From positions 1-35,488 of IMG/VR virus record IMGVR_UViG_3300005805_000241: DNA of 35,488 nt. One strand, given 5' to 3'. The notes beneath the pieces are model-generated. The model saw only the letters and a list, made by a program, of their open reading frames with translations. It searched no databases and was not told the DNA's origin. Made by a program: the position numbers and the translations under genes. This DNA is from a virus. Its lineage: Duplodnaviria > Caudoviricetes. Below are positions 4,921 to 16,900 of this stretch, piece by piece (the first letter of the stretch is position 1; every line of letters starts with the position of its first letter).

Positions 4921-5262
4921 TTGGAAAAGTTCTCAATGGGAAATCACCTTCTTTTAGAAGTGTATGATGTTGATTTTAAACTTCTAAATGATGGAATTTC
5001 CCTTCAAGAAGCAATGGAGAACGGTATAAACCGTGCCAAAATGACAATTTTAAACATTTATCAGCATTGTTTCGTTCCACAAGGAGTTACAATTGTCATT
5101 GCACTGTCAGAAAGTCATGTTTCTTGTCATACATGGCCTGAACAAGGTACAATTGCAATTGATGTTTATACCTGTGGTGATGGAAATCCAAAATTAATTG
5201 CTTTAGAACTCTTAAAGTACCTAAATTCAGAGAATTATAAACTCAGAGAAATTATTAGGTAA
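4921..5262 (+). CDS. speD: S-adenosylmethionine decarboxylase proenzyme (pyruvoyl-dependent, class 1b SpeD/SpeH-like)
   Basis: MGNHLLLEVY, F-x-PQGVT, autocleavage motif LSE/SHVSCHTWPE, IDVYTCG; start TTG 4921 or ATG 4936. Confidence 0.92.
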   Translation: MEKFSMGNHLLLEVYDVDFKLLNDGISLQEAMENGINRAKMTILNIYQHCFVPQGVTIVIALSESHVSCHTWPEQGTIAIDVYTCGDGNPKLIALELLKYLNSENYKLREIIR

Positions 5263-5270
5263 ATAGAAAC

Positions 5271-5325
5271 AAGGAGATAGCAACCTCCTTTACAAAAAAG
5301 TTCTGTTTTTAACTAAACAGGAGCT
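5271..5325 (+). promoter_or_regulatory. Two-hairpin leader; the second hairpin covers the SD
   Basis: AAGGAG-N8-CTCCTT (5271-5290); AGTTCTGTTT (5299-5308) pairs with AAACAGGAGCT (5315-5325), which contains AGGAG. Confidence 0.5.
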
Positions 5326-5328
5326 AAA

Positions 5329-5571
5329 ATGTCCAATTTACCAGTAGATAGAGATCGTGAGTACATGAGATCTATGTGGGGAACTTCAAAATTAGTCACG
5401 GACTATAATGGAAATCCTCCACAACGTGTAATTCAAGAAGTTATGCATGATCTTGCACCAAAGCATGATTTTAGAAAACAAGTTGATCTACATGAAAAGA
5501 TTCGTAATGATGATGATTATGATGATTGGAGTTATGGGACAGAACCAATTTATGGTTCTTCCTGGAAGTAA
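5329..5571 (+). CDS. Hypothetical cyanophage protein, 80 aa
   Basis: AGGAG SD; YMRSMWGTSKLVTDY motif; acidic/aromatic C-terminus. Confidence 0.8.
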   Translation: MSNLPVDRDREYMRSMWGTSKLVTDYNGNPPQRVIQEVMHDLAPKHDFRKQVDLHEKIRNDDDYDDWSYGTEPIYGSSWK

Positions 5572-5572
5572 A

Positions 5573-5580
5573 TATAAATA
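5573..5580 (+). promoter_or_regulatory. T4-type late (gp55) promoter
   Basis: Exact TATAAATA in the intergenic space before gp25. Confidence 0.85.
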
Positions 5581-5602
5581 ATGTGAGAAATATTCTTGTC
5601 CA

Positions 5603-6007
5603 ATGCCAATCATTCAAAGGACATCTAGAGCATTTAAAGATATAAGTTTATCTTTTGAACCTCATCCGGTCACAAAGGATCTTCCTGTTCTTAAGAATGA
5701 AAATGCAATTACAAGGTCTGTTCGTAATTTAGTTGAAACATCTTTAACCGAAAGATTTTTCAATTCGACTATAGGATCTGAAGTTAGACAATCTTTATTT
5801 GATTTTGTTGACTTTGGTACTGCAGCGGTAATTCAAGAACAGGTAGAAATTGTAATTAAGAACTATGAACCTAGAATTACTAACGTAAGAGTTGAAGTTG
5901 AACCTTTTCCTGATCAGAATAGTTTTGATGTTCAAGTTGTTTATGATATCATTGGACAAGAATTTCCGACACAAGAATTTTCATTCATACTAGAGGCAAC
6001 AAGATAA
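5603..6007 (+). CDS. gp25: Baseplate wedge subunit gp25
   Basis: FKDISLSF-x-PHPVTKD, AITRSVRNLV, ERFF, YEPRI; synteny with gp6. Confidence 0.93.
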   Translation: MPIIQRTSRAFKDISLSFEPHPVTKDLPVLKNENAITRSVRNLVETSLTERFFNSTIGSEVRQSLFDFVDFGTAAVIQEQVEIVIKNYEPRITNVRVEVEPFPDQNSFDVQVVYDIIGQEFPTQEFSFILEATR

Positions 6008-6008
6008 A

Positions 6009-7922
6009 ATGCCTTTTACACAGTTTACTAATCTAGATTTTGATCAGATAAGAACTTCAATTAAAGATTATCTTCGTGCAAATTCAAATTTCACGGACTT
6101 TGATTTTGAAGGTTCTAACTTTTCAGTTTTAATTGATGTTCTAGCGTATAATACGTATATAACAGCATTCAATTCAAATATGATTGTAAACGAATCTTTT
6201 CTAGATTCGGCTACAGTCAGGGACAATGTTGTTTCACTTGCGCGAAACATTGGATATGTTCCAAGGTCAAAAACATCAGCAAAAGCAAATATTTCATTTT
6301 CAGTTGAAACAAATTCAAATTCATCCAACATCACTCTTAAAGAAGGTCTTGTTTGTGTAGGACCTTTTAATGATACATCGTTTATATTTTCAATTCCACA
6401 AAACATCACTACAAGAGTTAACGCTGGAGTTGCTAATTTTGAAGACATTACAATTTACCAAGGAACTTTTTTAACTAAACAGTTTGTGGTAAATGGATCT
6501 AGAGATCAAAGATTTATTTTAGATAATCCTTCAATTGATACTTCTACTATTAATGTTTATGTTAAAGGATTAAATGATAGTGGATTAGGTAAAAAGTACT
6601 CTTTAATTGATAATATTATATCAATCAAATCAGATTCTGAAATTTATTTACTTCAAGAGATACAAGATGAAAAATACGAATTGTTATTTGGTGACGGTAT
6701 TATAGGAAAGAAATTAGATAATAATGCTGTAATTACTGTAAATTATATTGTAAGTGATGGAGTAGAAGGTAATGGTGTTACTAATTTTGCATTTGCGGGT
6801 AGTTTAGTTAACTCTACAAATCAAGTAATTACTCCATCTAATGATGTTTTAATTACAACTATTCAACCCTCTCAGAACGGATCTGATATTGAACCGATAG
6901 ACTCTGTAAAATACTTTGCTCCTAGATTATATTCTTCACAGTATCGTGCCGTAACTGCAAAGGATTATGAGGCAATTGTAAAATACATTTATCCCGATGC
7001 TGATACTATTTCAGTAATTGGGGGTGAAGAATTATCTCCCCCAGAATTTGGAACTGTTAACATCACAATTAAACCAAAGTCAGGAACTTTCGTATCTGAC
7101 TTTGATAAATCTCAAATTCTTTCAAGATTAAAGCAATATAGTATTTCTGGAATCAATCAAAAGATTATTGATCTCAAACTTCTTTATGTTGAGATTGTTT
7201 CTTCTGTTTACTATAACTCAACTCAAATTTCCTCAGCAGATACTTTAAAAACTAAAGTTGTCAAAACACTTACAGATTATTCTAAATCAGTTGATTTAAA
7301 TAAGTTTGGTGGAAGATTTAAGTATAGTAAAGTTTTGCAAATTATTGATAATACTGATGTATCAGTTACATCCAATATTACTAGAGTTAAAATTAGAAGA
7401 GATCTTGGATGCCTGATTAATCAAGCAACACAATATGAATTATGTTATGGAAACTCTTTCCATATCAATCCAAAAGGATTTAATATTAAATCAACTGGGT
7501 TTAGGATTATGGATGAACCTGATACGGTTTATATTACAGATATTCCAAATAAAGACATAAATGGAAATTTAGATGGAAGTGGAAAAGGTATTATATCAGT
7601 TGTAAAACCAATTGAAAACAATCAAAATCAAGTTATTGTGAAGTCTGCGGGTACAGTTGACTATACAAAAGGTGAAATCATCATTGGACCTGTTACTATT
7701 GTTTCTACTGATGTTCAAAATAATATTGTTGAAATTGAGGCAACTCCAGAATCAAATGATGTCATTGGATTAAAAGACTTATATCTTTCTTTTGATATCT
7801 CAAAAAGTTCAATAAATATCGTTAGAGACGTGATATCATCGGGAGATGATATTTCGGGAGTACTTTTCTCCAGAGACTATTACACTTCAAGTTACTCAAC
7901 AGAAGAATTAAAGAGGGTATAA
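6009..7922 (+). CDS. gp6: Baseplate wedge subunit gp6
   Basis: LDFDQI, FTDFDFEGSN, LAYNTY, NESFLDSA, LARNIGYVPRS, FGDG, RAVTAKDY. Confidence 0.95.
   Translation: MPFTQFTNLDFDQIRTSIKDYLRANSNFTDFDFEGSNFSVLIDVLAYNTYITAFNSNMIVNESFLDSATVRDNVVSLARNIGYVPRSKTSAKANISFSVETNSNSSNITLKEGLVCVGPFNDTSFIFSIPQNITTRVNAGVANFEDITIYQGTFLTKQFVVNGSRDQRFILDNPSIDTSTINVYVKGLNDSGLGKKYSLIDNIISIKSDSEIYLLQEIQDEKYELLFGDGIIGKKLDNNAVITVNYIVSDGVEGNGVTNFAFAGSLVNSTNQVITPSNDVLITTIQPSQNGSDIEPIDSVKYFAPRLYSSQYRAVTAKDYEAIVKYIYPDADTISVIGGEELSPPEFGTVNITIKPKSGTFVSDFDKSQILSRLKQYSISGINQKIIDLKLLYVEIVSSVYYNSTQISSADTLKTKVVKTLTDYSKSVDLNKFGGRFKYSKVLQIIDNTDVSVTSNITRVKIRRDLGCLINQATQYELCYGNSFHINPKGFNIKSTGFRIMDEPDTVYITDIPNKDINGNLDGSGKGIISVVKPIENNQNQVIVKSAGTVDYTKGEIIIGPVTIVSTDVQNNIVEIEATPESNDVIGLKDLYLSFDISKSSINIVRDVISSGDDISGVLFSRDYYTSSYSTEELKRV
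7811..7818 (+). promoter_or_regulatory. Possible internal late promoter for gp7
   Basis: AATAAATA about 105 nt upstream of the gp7 start; one mismatch to consensus in AT-rich DNA. Confidence 0.4.
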
Positions 7923-7923
7923 T

Positions 7924-10900
7924 ATGACCGCACCCGGTTTTGACACTAGAATTAAAATTCAAGAAATAATTGAAAATCAATTACCAGAATTTATTTTAGA
8001 TGAAAATCCTAAGGTTTCTGAATTTTTAAAACAATATTATGTTTCTCAGGAATATCAGGGTGGATCATATGATATTGTTGAGAACTTAGATCAATATTTA
8101 AAGTTAGATTATTTAATTCCAGAAATCATTCAAGGATCTTATACTCTTACTCAAGATATAAGTTCAGAAGACACTACAATTTCAGTAAGTTCTACAAAGG
8201 GATTTCCTGATAAGTATGGTCTTTTAAAAATTGATGATGAAATTATCACTTATACTGAGAAAACTGATACTACTTTTACGGGTTGTGTTAGAGGATTCAG
8301 TGGAGTTACTAACTATCAGAATAATTTAAATACCGAAGAACTTGTTTTTAGTACTAGTGTTGCGTCTGCTCATAGTGAAGATTCTTCTATTGAAAACTTA
8401 AGTTCTTTATTTTTAAAAGAATTTTATAAAAAAATTAAATTCTTATTGACACCAGGACTAGAAGATGTAGATTTTGTTCCTGAATTAAACGTAGGAAACT
8501 TCATCAAAGAAGTTAAATCATTTTATCAGGCTAAGGGAACTCCAGAATCTTTTAGAATTTTATTTAATGTATTATATAATGTTACTCCAAAAGTTGTAGA
8601 TCTTGAACAGTTTTTAATTAAACCCTCTGCGGCAACTTATATTAGAAGAGAGAATGTAATTGCGGAAAGAGTGTCTGGAGACCCTAGCAGACTCGTAGGA
8701 CAAACGATTATAAAGAATTCTGATCCTACTTCATTTGCTTCAGTATCTGCAGTAGAAATTTTTTCTAGATCTGGAAAAACATATTATAAATTATCTTTAT
8801 TTGTTGGATTTGATCTAACAAGTAAAGTTGAAGGTAATTTTACCATTATACCTAAAACTAAAGTATTAGACACAATATCAGTTGGGTCTGAAGTTATTTC
8901 TGTCGATTCTACTATTGGATTTGATGACTCTGGAACATTAATTTGTGGAAATAATATCGTTACATATACTGACAAAAGTATCAATCAATTTTTTGGATGT
9001 TCAGGTATTACTGAACAAATTGAAATAGCATCTGATATTACGACTGATGATTATTATTATGGATATGAGAATGGAGATATAACCAAAAAAGTAGAATTAA
9101 GAATTAGTGGTATTCTTGCCGATTTAATACCAAATGATAAAATTTATTCTTATAAAGAAAATGAAGAGATTTTTGTAAGAAGTCTTGGGAAAATAATAGA
9201 TAATCCTATTGAAAATAAAGATTACGCTCATATTTTTTCCAATTCATGGAATTATAATACAAAAACTAGATATGAAATTTTAAATTCCGATTTTGTACTT
9301 TTAAGTCCAATTGATAAATCAAGTTTAAAACCTGGAGATAAAGTTGATATTTTAATTAAAGGTAGTCAAACAATCGTATCAAATGAAAGTAATCCTCCTT
9401 TTGTTTCTGAAGATGGTGTAGATTATGAAACAAATCAAGTTTTCTTAGATAATTTAGGATCATTTGTTTATGATGAAACTAAAAAGTATGAAATAAGAAG
9501 AAGAGTTAATAAAGCATCTAGTTCAACAATTCCTATAAAATATGGAAATAATGAATTAATTTCTGATATTCAAAACTTATATGATGATAATGATGGGCAT
9601 TACTACGTTGCTAGTAACTCATTACCATCATATGAAATAACAAAACCTCTTATTGAAAAATCTATTCCAGAAGCTTCTGGTACTCCTGCTAATTTGGGAT
9701 ATATTCAAGGTTATTCCGAAAACACTGGAAAATACTCTATCATTTCTTTTGATACTCCAGTAGAATTTATTACTGGTGATAGAGTTTATTATCAACCAGA
9801 AAATGATCCTATCCCAGGTCTTACTGAAGGATTTTACTTTGTTGAGGTTGTAGAACCAAATAAAATAAGATTATATTTCTCAAACTCTTTTATCTTAGGA
9901 TTTAGATATATTGAGTTTCAACCATTAAATGATTCTTCAGGTTCTCACAATTTTATTTTAGAACCTCAAAAACCAAGATTATTATCTTCTCAAAAATTAT
10001 TAAGAAAATTTCCAAATCACCCAGTTTCTCCAGCAGAATCTAATAATGAAATTCTAGAGAATTCATCTGTTGGAATGTTAGTAAATGGTGTAGAATTAAA
10101 AAACTATAAATCTACAAGTAAAATTTATTATGGTCCGATTGAATCAGTAGATGTTTTATCCGGAGGATCTGATTATGATGTTATTAATGCACCAAAAATT
10201 GAGTTAGGTTCTCCAAATCAATCTGGAATAACTGCTCTTATTAATCCATCATTAATCGGATCTTTTAAAGAAGTTTCGATTGTTCCTACAGAAATTAATG
10301 CAAATTACAATGTCCAAATATCAGTTACTGGTGGTAATGGATCTGGAGCATCATTAATACCAATAATAGAAAATAGATATCGTTATATTTCATTTGATGC
10401 CAGAAAAGAAACTAATTCTGGAGGAGTCGATACTGCTCTTGATACAATTACATTTTTAAATAAACATGAATTAGTAACTGGTGATAGAATTATATACGAT
10501 TCAAATGGAAATCCCGAATTAGGAATTAATCCGTTTGGATCTCCAGATAACGTAGTTACAAGTCAAACTCTTAACAATAGAACAATTTATTATACAAAAG
10601 TACTTAATGATACAACTATTCAATTATATAACTCTGAATTAGATTTAAGAGTTGGTTTAAACACAGTAGGATTTAGCACAACAAACACTTTAGGTATTCA
10701 TAGATTTAGAACATCGGATAGAAGAAGAATTTTAACTGATATAAAAGTTCTTGAAGGTGGAACCTACGAAAATAAAGAGTTAATTATAAATCCAACTGGA
10801 ATTTCAACTATCAGTGATTCAATTTATTTTAAAAATCACAATTTAAAAGATAAAGATTTAATAAAGTATACTTATCAAACAAAAAGAATTTCAGGTATTA

Positions 10901-13900
10901 ATACAAATACTTTATACTCAGTCACAGTACTTGATGAAGATAATTTCAAATTATCAGAAACTGGATATCAAAATCCAAGTGAAAACTTATTACAATATAG
11001 TGAAGATTTTAGTAATTCTTATTGGACTAAAGCTAATGTAGGAATAACATCTATGGCAGCGATTGCTCCAGACGGAACAAAAACTGCTGACTTAATTACT
11101 GCAAATACTGTTAATGCACCACATAATATTGCTAGAGGTGGAATATATGAAAATGGAAAAGTATACACAATAAGTATTTTTGTTAAGAAAAATGGTAGTT
11201 ATAAGTATGTTCAGTTTTCTGGTAATGGATCTCAAGCAAATAATGAAGGCGCAATATTTGATATAGAATCTGGAATAATTTATGCTCCAACAACTAATGT
11301 AGTATATCAAGATTCCGAAATTGAATATTTTGGAAATGGTTGGTATAGATGTTCTGTTGTTTATAACACGGTTCATGTTAGTAATGCGTTTGCTTTCAAT
11401 ATTTTTAATACCATTTCATTCGGTTCAAATACTTTCGCTGGAGATAATACTGGTGTTTATATTTGGGGTGCTCAGGTAGAAGAAGGAAATAGAATTTCCT
11501 CAACATTATCCGCATATATCAAAACAACAGATTTTACAAGAGCAAGAGGTATTATTGAATCCAACAGTATTGATTATGATAGAAAAAAATATGTTAATTT
11601 AAGATCAACAGGATCTGGATACCAATATTTTAAATACCCAGAAATACAAGTATCAGTATCTTGTGTTGGATTTGGGACTGATAATTTTAAAAATCTTGAA
11701 GTATATCCAACAGTAAGTGGTAAAATTAACGGTTGTTATGTTTATGAGTCAGGGTCAAATTACGGATCTCATATTTTAAACTTACATAAAAAACCAATAG
11801 CAACAATTAAAACTGGAGAAGATGCTCAATTAAAACCAATTATTACGAATGGAACTATTGAAAGAGTACAAATTCAGTTTTCTGGATCTAATTATTACTC
11901 AACTCCAGAATTATTAATAAATGGTGATGGTGTAAATGCCAAAATAAAAGCAGTTATTTCTAATGGAAAAGTTGTAAATGTTGTTATTATTAATCCAGGA
12001 AGTGGATATACTGAAAAAAATACTTCAATAACTGTTGTTTCGGCGGGAAAAGGAGCATTATTAGATTCTTCTGTAAGATCTTTAACCGTAAATAACAATA
12101 GTAGATTTGGAAGTGAAGTTATAATTCAAGGTGAAGAAGATCTTAAGTATTCAATTTGTTCTTATAACGATAGTTTAAGAGAAAAATTCGGTGATCTTGA
12201 TTCTAACACACACTCTCCAATTATTGGTTGGTCTTATGATGGAAATCCAATTTATGGTGCATTTGGTTATTCTGACCCTGAAGATTCAAATTCATCAATT
12301 AAATTGATAACATCAAGTTATACTTTAAATGTAAATAATGTTAAAAACAGACCTGTAGATTTTCCAAGTGGATTTTTTGTTGAAGATTATGTTTTTGATG
12401 GTTCTGGAGATTTAGATGTAAGTAATGGAAGATATTGTAGAACTCCAGAGTTTCCGAATGGAGTTTATGCTTATTTCTCAACACTCAGTCCTTCAGGAAC
12501 TTCTGGAGTTTATATTCCAAGATTCCCATATTTTGTTGGTGAAAAATATAAGTCAGAATATATTTCTGATAACTCATCTTTAAGTCAGGATTTTGATTTT
12601 AATAATTCATCTTTAATTAGAAATACTCTTCCATATAAAGTTAGCGACTCTTTTGCAGGAAATGAATTCTTAATTGAATCTGGGGATATACAACGTCAAA
12701 AGGCTGTAATTGATGCTTCATCAAAAGGATCTGTTGATGGATTTAATATTATTAGAGGTGGAGACAAATATAAAGTAGCAGATCAAGTAATACTAGAGTC
12801 AAATAAAATTACTGGTAGTGAAGTACTGGCAAAGATTTCTTCTATAAAAGGAAAATCTGTAGTAAGTATTGCTAGTTCAGTAAAATCTTATAATGATGCA
12901 GTATTTACTTGGAAAGATTCTGACAGAGTTGAAGTCTTTATTTTACCAAATCATGATCTTAAAGATAAAGATAATATTGTTGTATCTGGATTTTCAACAT
13001 ACTTGAGTAAACTTAATAGAAGTTTTAGTATAGAAGTAGATACTCAGAGAGCAGTATTAACTAAAAATATTCCTTCAAATGCAGTTTCTGGAATAGTAAC
13101 TGATGTTTTTGTATCAAGTATTCCTAATAATATTTCTATTGGTTCTAGTTTTTCTATAGGAACGGAAGTTCTCCCTGTTTTAGATATCTTCCCATCCCAA
13201 AGAGTAATTAGAACAAAAAGAAATTCTCCTGCAGTAGGATATTCCACTTCAACTGAAGTATCATATTTGCCCAATTCATTTATAATTTCTGTAAGTTCTA
13301 AAAGTTTTGAGTCTAATCCAAATATTAAAGTATTGTTTAATCCTTTAGAATCTATTGGATTAGGTACTGTAACTGGAATTGCATCAACAACAACCTATAA
13401 ATTTGATAGTCAGACTTTTGATAGATCTTTACTTACTCGTTCAGTTTTCTTAAGAAATCATCCATTTGAAACCAACCAAAAAGTAACCTTTAGAAAACCA
13501 TCAGGAACAAATTCACTTGGTGTATCAACATCAAGTTCAGGACCAGTATTTTCATTACCAGTATCTGGTAATACTGAAACACTGTATGTGGTTAATAAAT
13601 CTGCCAATTATATTGGACTTAAAACATCATTATCATCAGATGAACTATTTTTCATAACTAATGGATCTAACAACTATGAGTACTCCATAGAAAGTAACTT
13701 TGATCAATATCTTGGAAATCTTGTAAGATCATTGGTAGTTGTATCTACAGCACAAACTCATGGTTTAATTGTTAATGATAAAGTAACACTTTCCGTAGAA
13801 CCTAATTTATCTGTTGGAATAGGAACATCTACTTCTGTTAATGTCCAACTGGATAAATTTGCAAATAAACTTTTAATAAATCCTATCGGATTTAGTTCTT

Positions 13901-16900
13901 CAGCAATCGATACCGGATCAGGTGTAATAACTATCAATAATCACGGATTTAAAACTGGTGATAAAGTTTATTATTATGCCAAAGATAAATTAGCATCAGG
14001 TCTCTCATCATCAACATATTTTGTTTATAAAATTGATTCTAATAGATTCAATCTTTCAGAAACTCTCACTGATAGTTTAGTATCACCACCAAATATAGTC
14101 AGTATTGGAAGTACTGGTGGAAAAAATCAAGTATTGTCATTAGTAAATCCCCAAATTGATGCTATTGAAGGAAATGACCTAATTTTTAATGTCTCAGATT
14201 CTTCTTTATTAGGTTATGAATTCGGAATTTATATTGATTCTAACTTTAAAAATAGATATCAAAAATCTTTAGATAAAAATTCTTTCATTGTAAGTGGTGT
14301 TGGGACAATTGGAGTTACAAGTACTGCATATGTATCAATAGCCCATACATCTGGAGTTCCTAATAAATTATATTATACTTTAGAGAAATCTGGAATATCT
14401 ACTTCAGTTGATTATGAAGTAGTTAATTATTCGACAATATCCTTTACTCCTAGTTTATATAATCGCACGTATTCGGTTAAAGATGTCTCATCTGATAAGT
14501 TTACACTGACAACTGATATTATTCCAGAGAATACTCCATATAATAGTACAAATACTAGTTCTTTAAAATATACTACTACATCAAAAGTAGCAAATGGTGA
14601 AATAAACGATATTGAGATTGTAGCATCATCCTCTAATTTCAAAGATATTCCATCAGTTATTAGTATTGCATCCACTCAAGGATCTGGAGCTTATATCATC
14701 CCAACATCATCCGACATCGGTAAACCAAATTCTTTGAGAATTGTAAATCAACTATTTGAATATGGATCAGATAAAACTCTTAGACCTACTGCTAAAATAC
14801 CTAAAATATTAACTTTAGAATCAAAAGATACTATAAAATCAATAACAGTTGACGATGGTGGTAAAAATTATTCATATCCACCAAAGTTAAGACTTGTTAA
14901 CTCTAGAACTAGACAATTAATAGAGGAATCTGCAATTAATCCAGTATTGTCATCCAATACAATTGTTTCTTTAGATATTTCTTATAATCCAAAAGGACTG
15001 GAAAATGTAACTCATGAGTTATATGCAATAGATAATTCTAATGGAATTAGAATTAATAAAGTTGAATCTTCAAAATCTGGTATTGTTACTTGCTATTTAA
15101 GAACTCCTATTAATGGATTGCCAGCAAATCTATTCTCCGATGGAGACAAAATATTCGTAGAAGGTATTCAAATTATTGATGGATCTGGAACAGGTCTTAA
15201 TTCAGTAGAAAATGGATACAACTTCTTTACAGTACCAGTGGGAGGATATACAAATTCAAATCCAGCAATATTAGAATATAACATATCTGGTTTTACTACT
15301 AATCCAGGTATTGCTAAAACATCACAAACTTCATTTGCGTCCGTAATAAAATATTCAGATTATCCTAAATTTACAGTAAATCAAGAAAATATTAACTTCA
15401 AACAAGGAGAACAACTTCTTGTAAGATTAAATAATAACTTCGAATTACAAGATCTTAAAGTTGTAGAATCAAAAGATACTGGAATTAGAGTTCTTGGTAC
15501 TTATAATTTAAAATCTGGAGATATAATAAAAGGCGATTCTACTGGAGTGATTGCAACTATAAACTCAATCAAAAATAGAACAGGTCAGTTTGAAGTAGAT
15601 TATTCAAATAAAAATAATTCTCAATGGGAAGATAATTCTGGATATCTTAATCAAGATGTTCAATTATTAAGCGATAATGATTATTATCAAAATCTTTCAT
15701 ATACTGTAAAAAGTCCTTTAGAATTTGAAGATTTAATAAGCAATGTCAATTCTCTTCTCCATCCAGTTGGATTGAAAAATTTTGCTGACACTGAAATTAA
15801 ATCAGTTACGAATGTTCCAGATATAATAGGAATTACTACTGAAACTATAATTAGAGATATTGTAGATGAATCATTAAGAGTTGATGATGTTAATAACTTT
15901 GATCTTGCAATTGATTTAAATCCTACAGAATTTTCATCAAAATTAATTAAATTAAAGAATAAGAGACTTTCTAGTTTTATTAAGTGTTCAACTAATAAAG
16001 TTTTAGAGATTGATGATATTGGGAGATTATTCTCAAATAATGAAGTTTCTGATGAAAATACGATTATTTCTAATTTAATTTCATATCCTTTTGCAGAATC
16101 TTTTAATAGATTTTTAATTCAGACTACATCAACATCTACTGGAGATGTGCAATTAACCGAATTAGTTGTTCTTACTGATAAAGTAGAAAATGTGTTTTCA
16201 CTGGAAAAAAATATTCTTTCTAGTTCTGATGAAAAATTATCTGATATATCCGCATATGTTACAGAAAAGAAAGAAGTTGGATTGAAATTTGATCCTGTTG
16301 ATCCTTATGATACTGATTATAATGTTAAATTTATTAAAACTACTTTTGATCAAACTTCCGGTATAGGATCAACTTCTTTTGGATTTGCAAATCTTTTATC
16401 AAATAATCAAACCATTAGTGGAATCAATACAGAGTCTATTGTAGAATTTCCTGGAGATTCTATACAGTCATTATATGCTAATGTTGAAATTTTTGATGAA
16501 ATTAATAATGATTTAGATTTTGTTGACATATACTTAACTTATAATGGAAATGATACTTACATAGCAAATTATTATTTTGATTCTGAACAATCTACTGGTA
16601 ATTTCTCATCTAATATTTCGGGTGATTTTAATGCTAAAGTAGAATCAGGTGTTTTAAAATTAGAATACTATAATAAACTTGATCGTATGATAAATTTGAG
16701 ATCTAAAATTATAGGTATAGGTTCTACAGCATCTGGTATAGGTACATATAGATTTAAAAATGTAGGTGAATTAAATGGATTTGAGAAGACTGCAAAATAT
16801 GAATCTCAATATTCAGTTATTTCAGGAATAACTACAGTTCTTTCTTTAAATAAAGAGACTTTCTCATCATACAAATCGTTCACTAAAGTTGGTGTAGGAT

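Noticed and set aside
5271-5325. glnA/glutamine riboswitch or other known cyanophage RNA motif
   Set aside because: Lacks the conserved nucleotides I associate with those families; kept only as an unassigned structured leader
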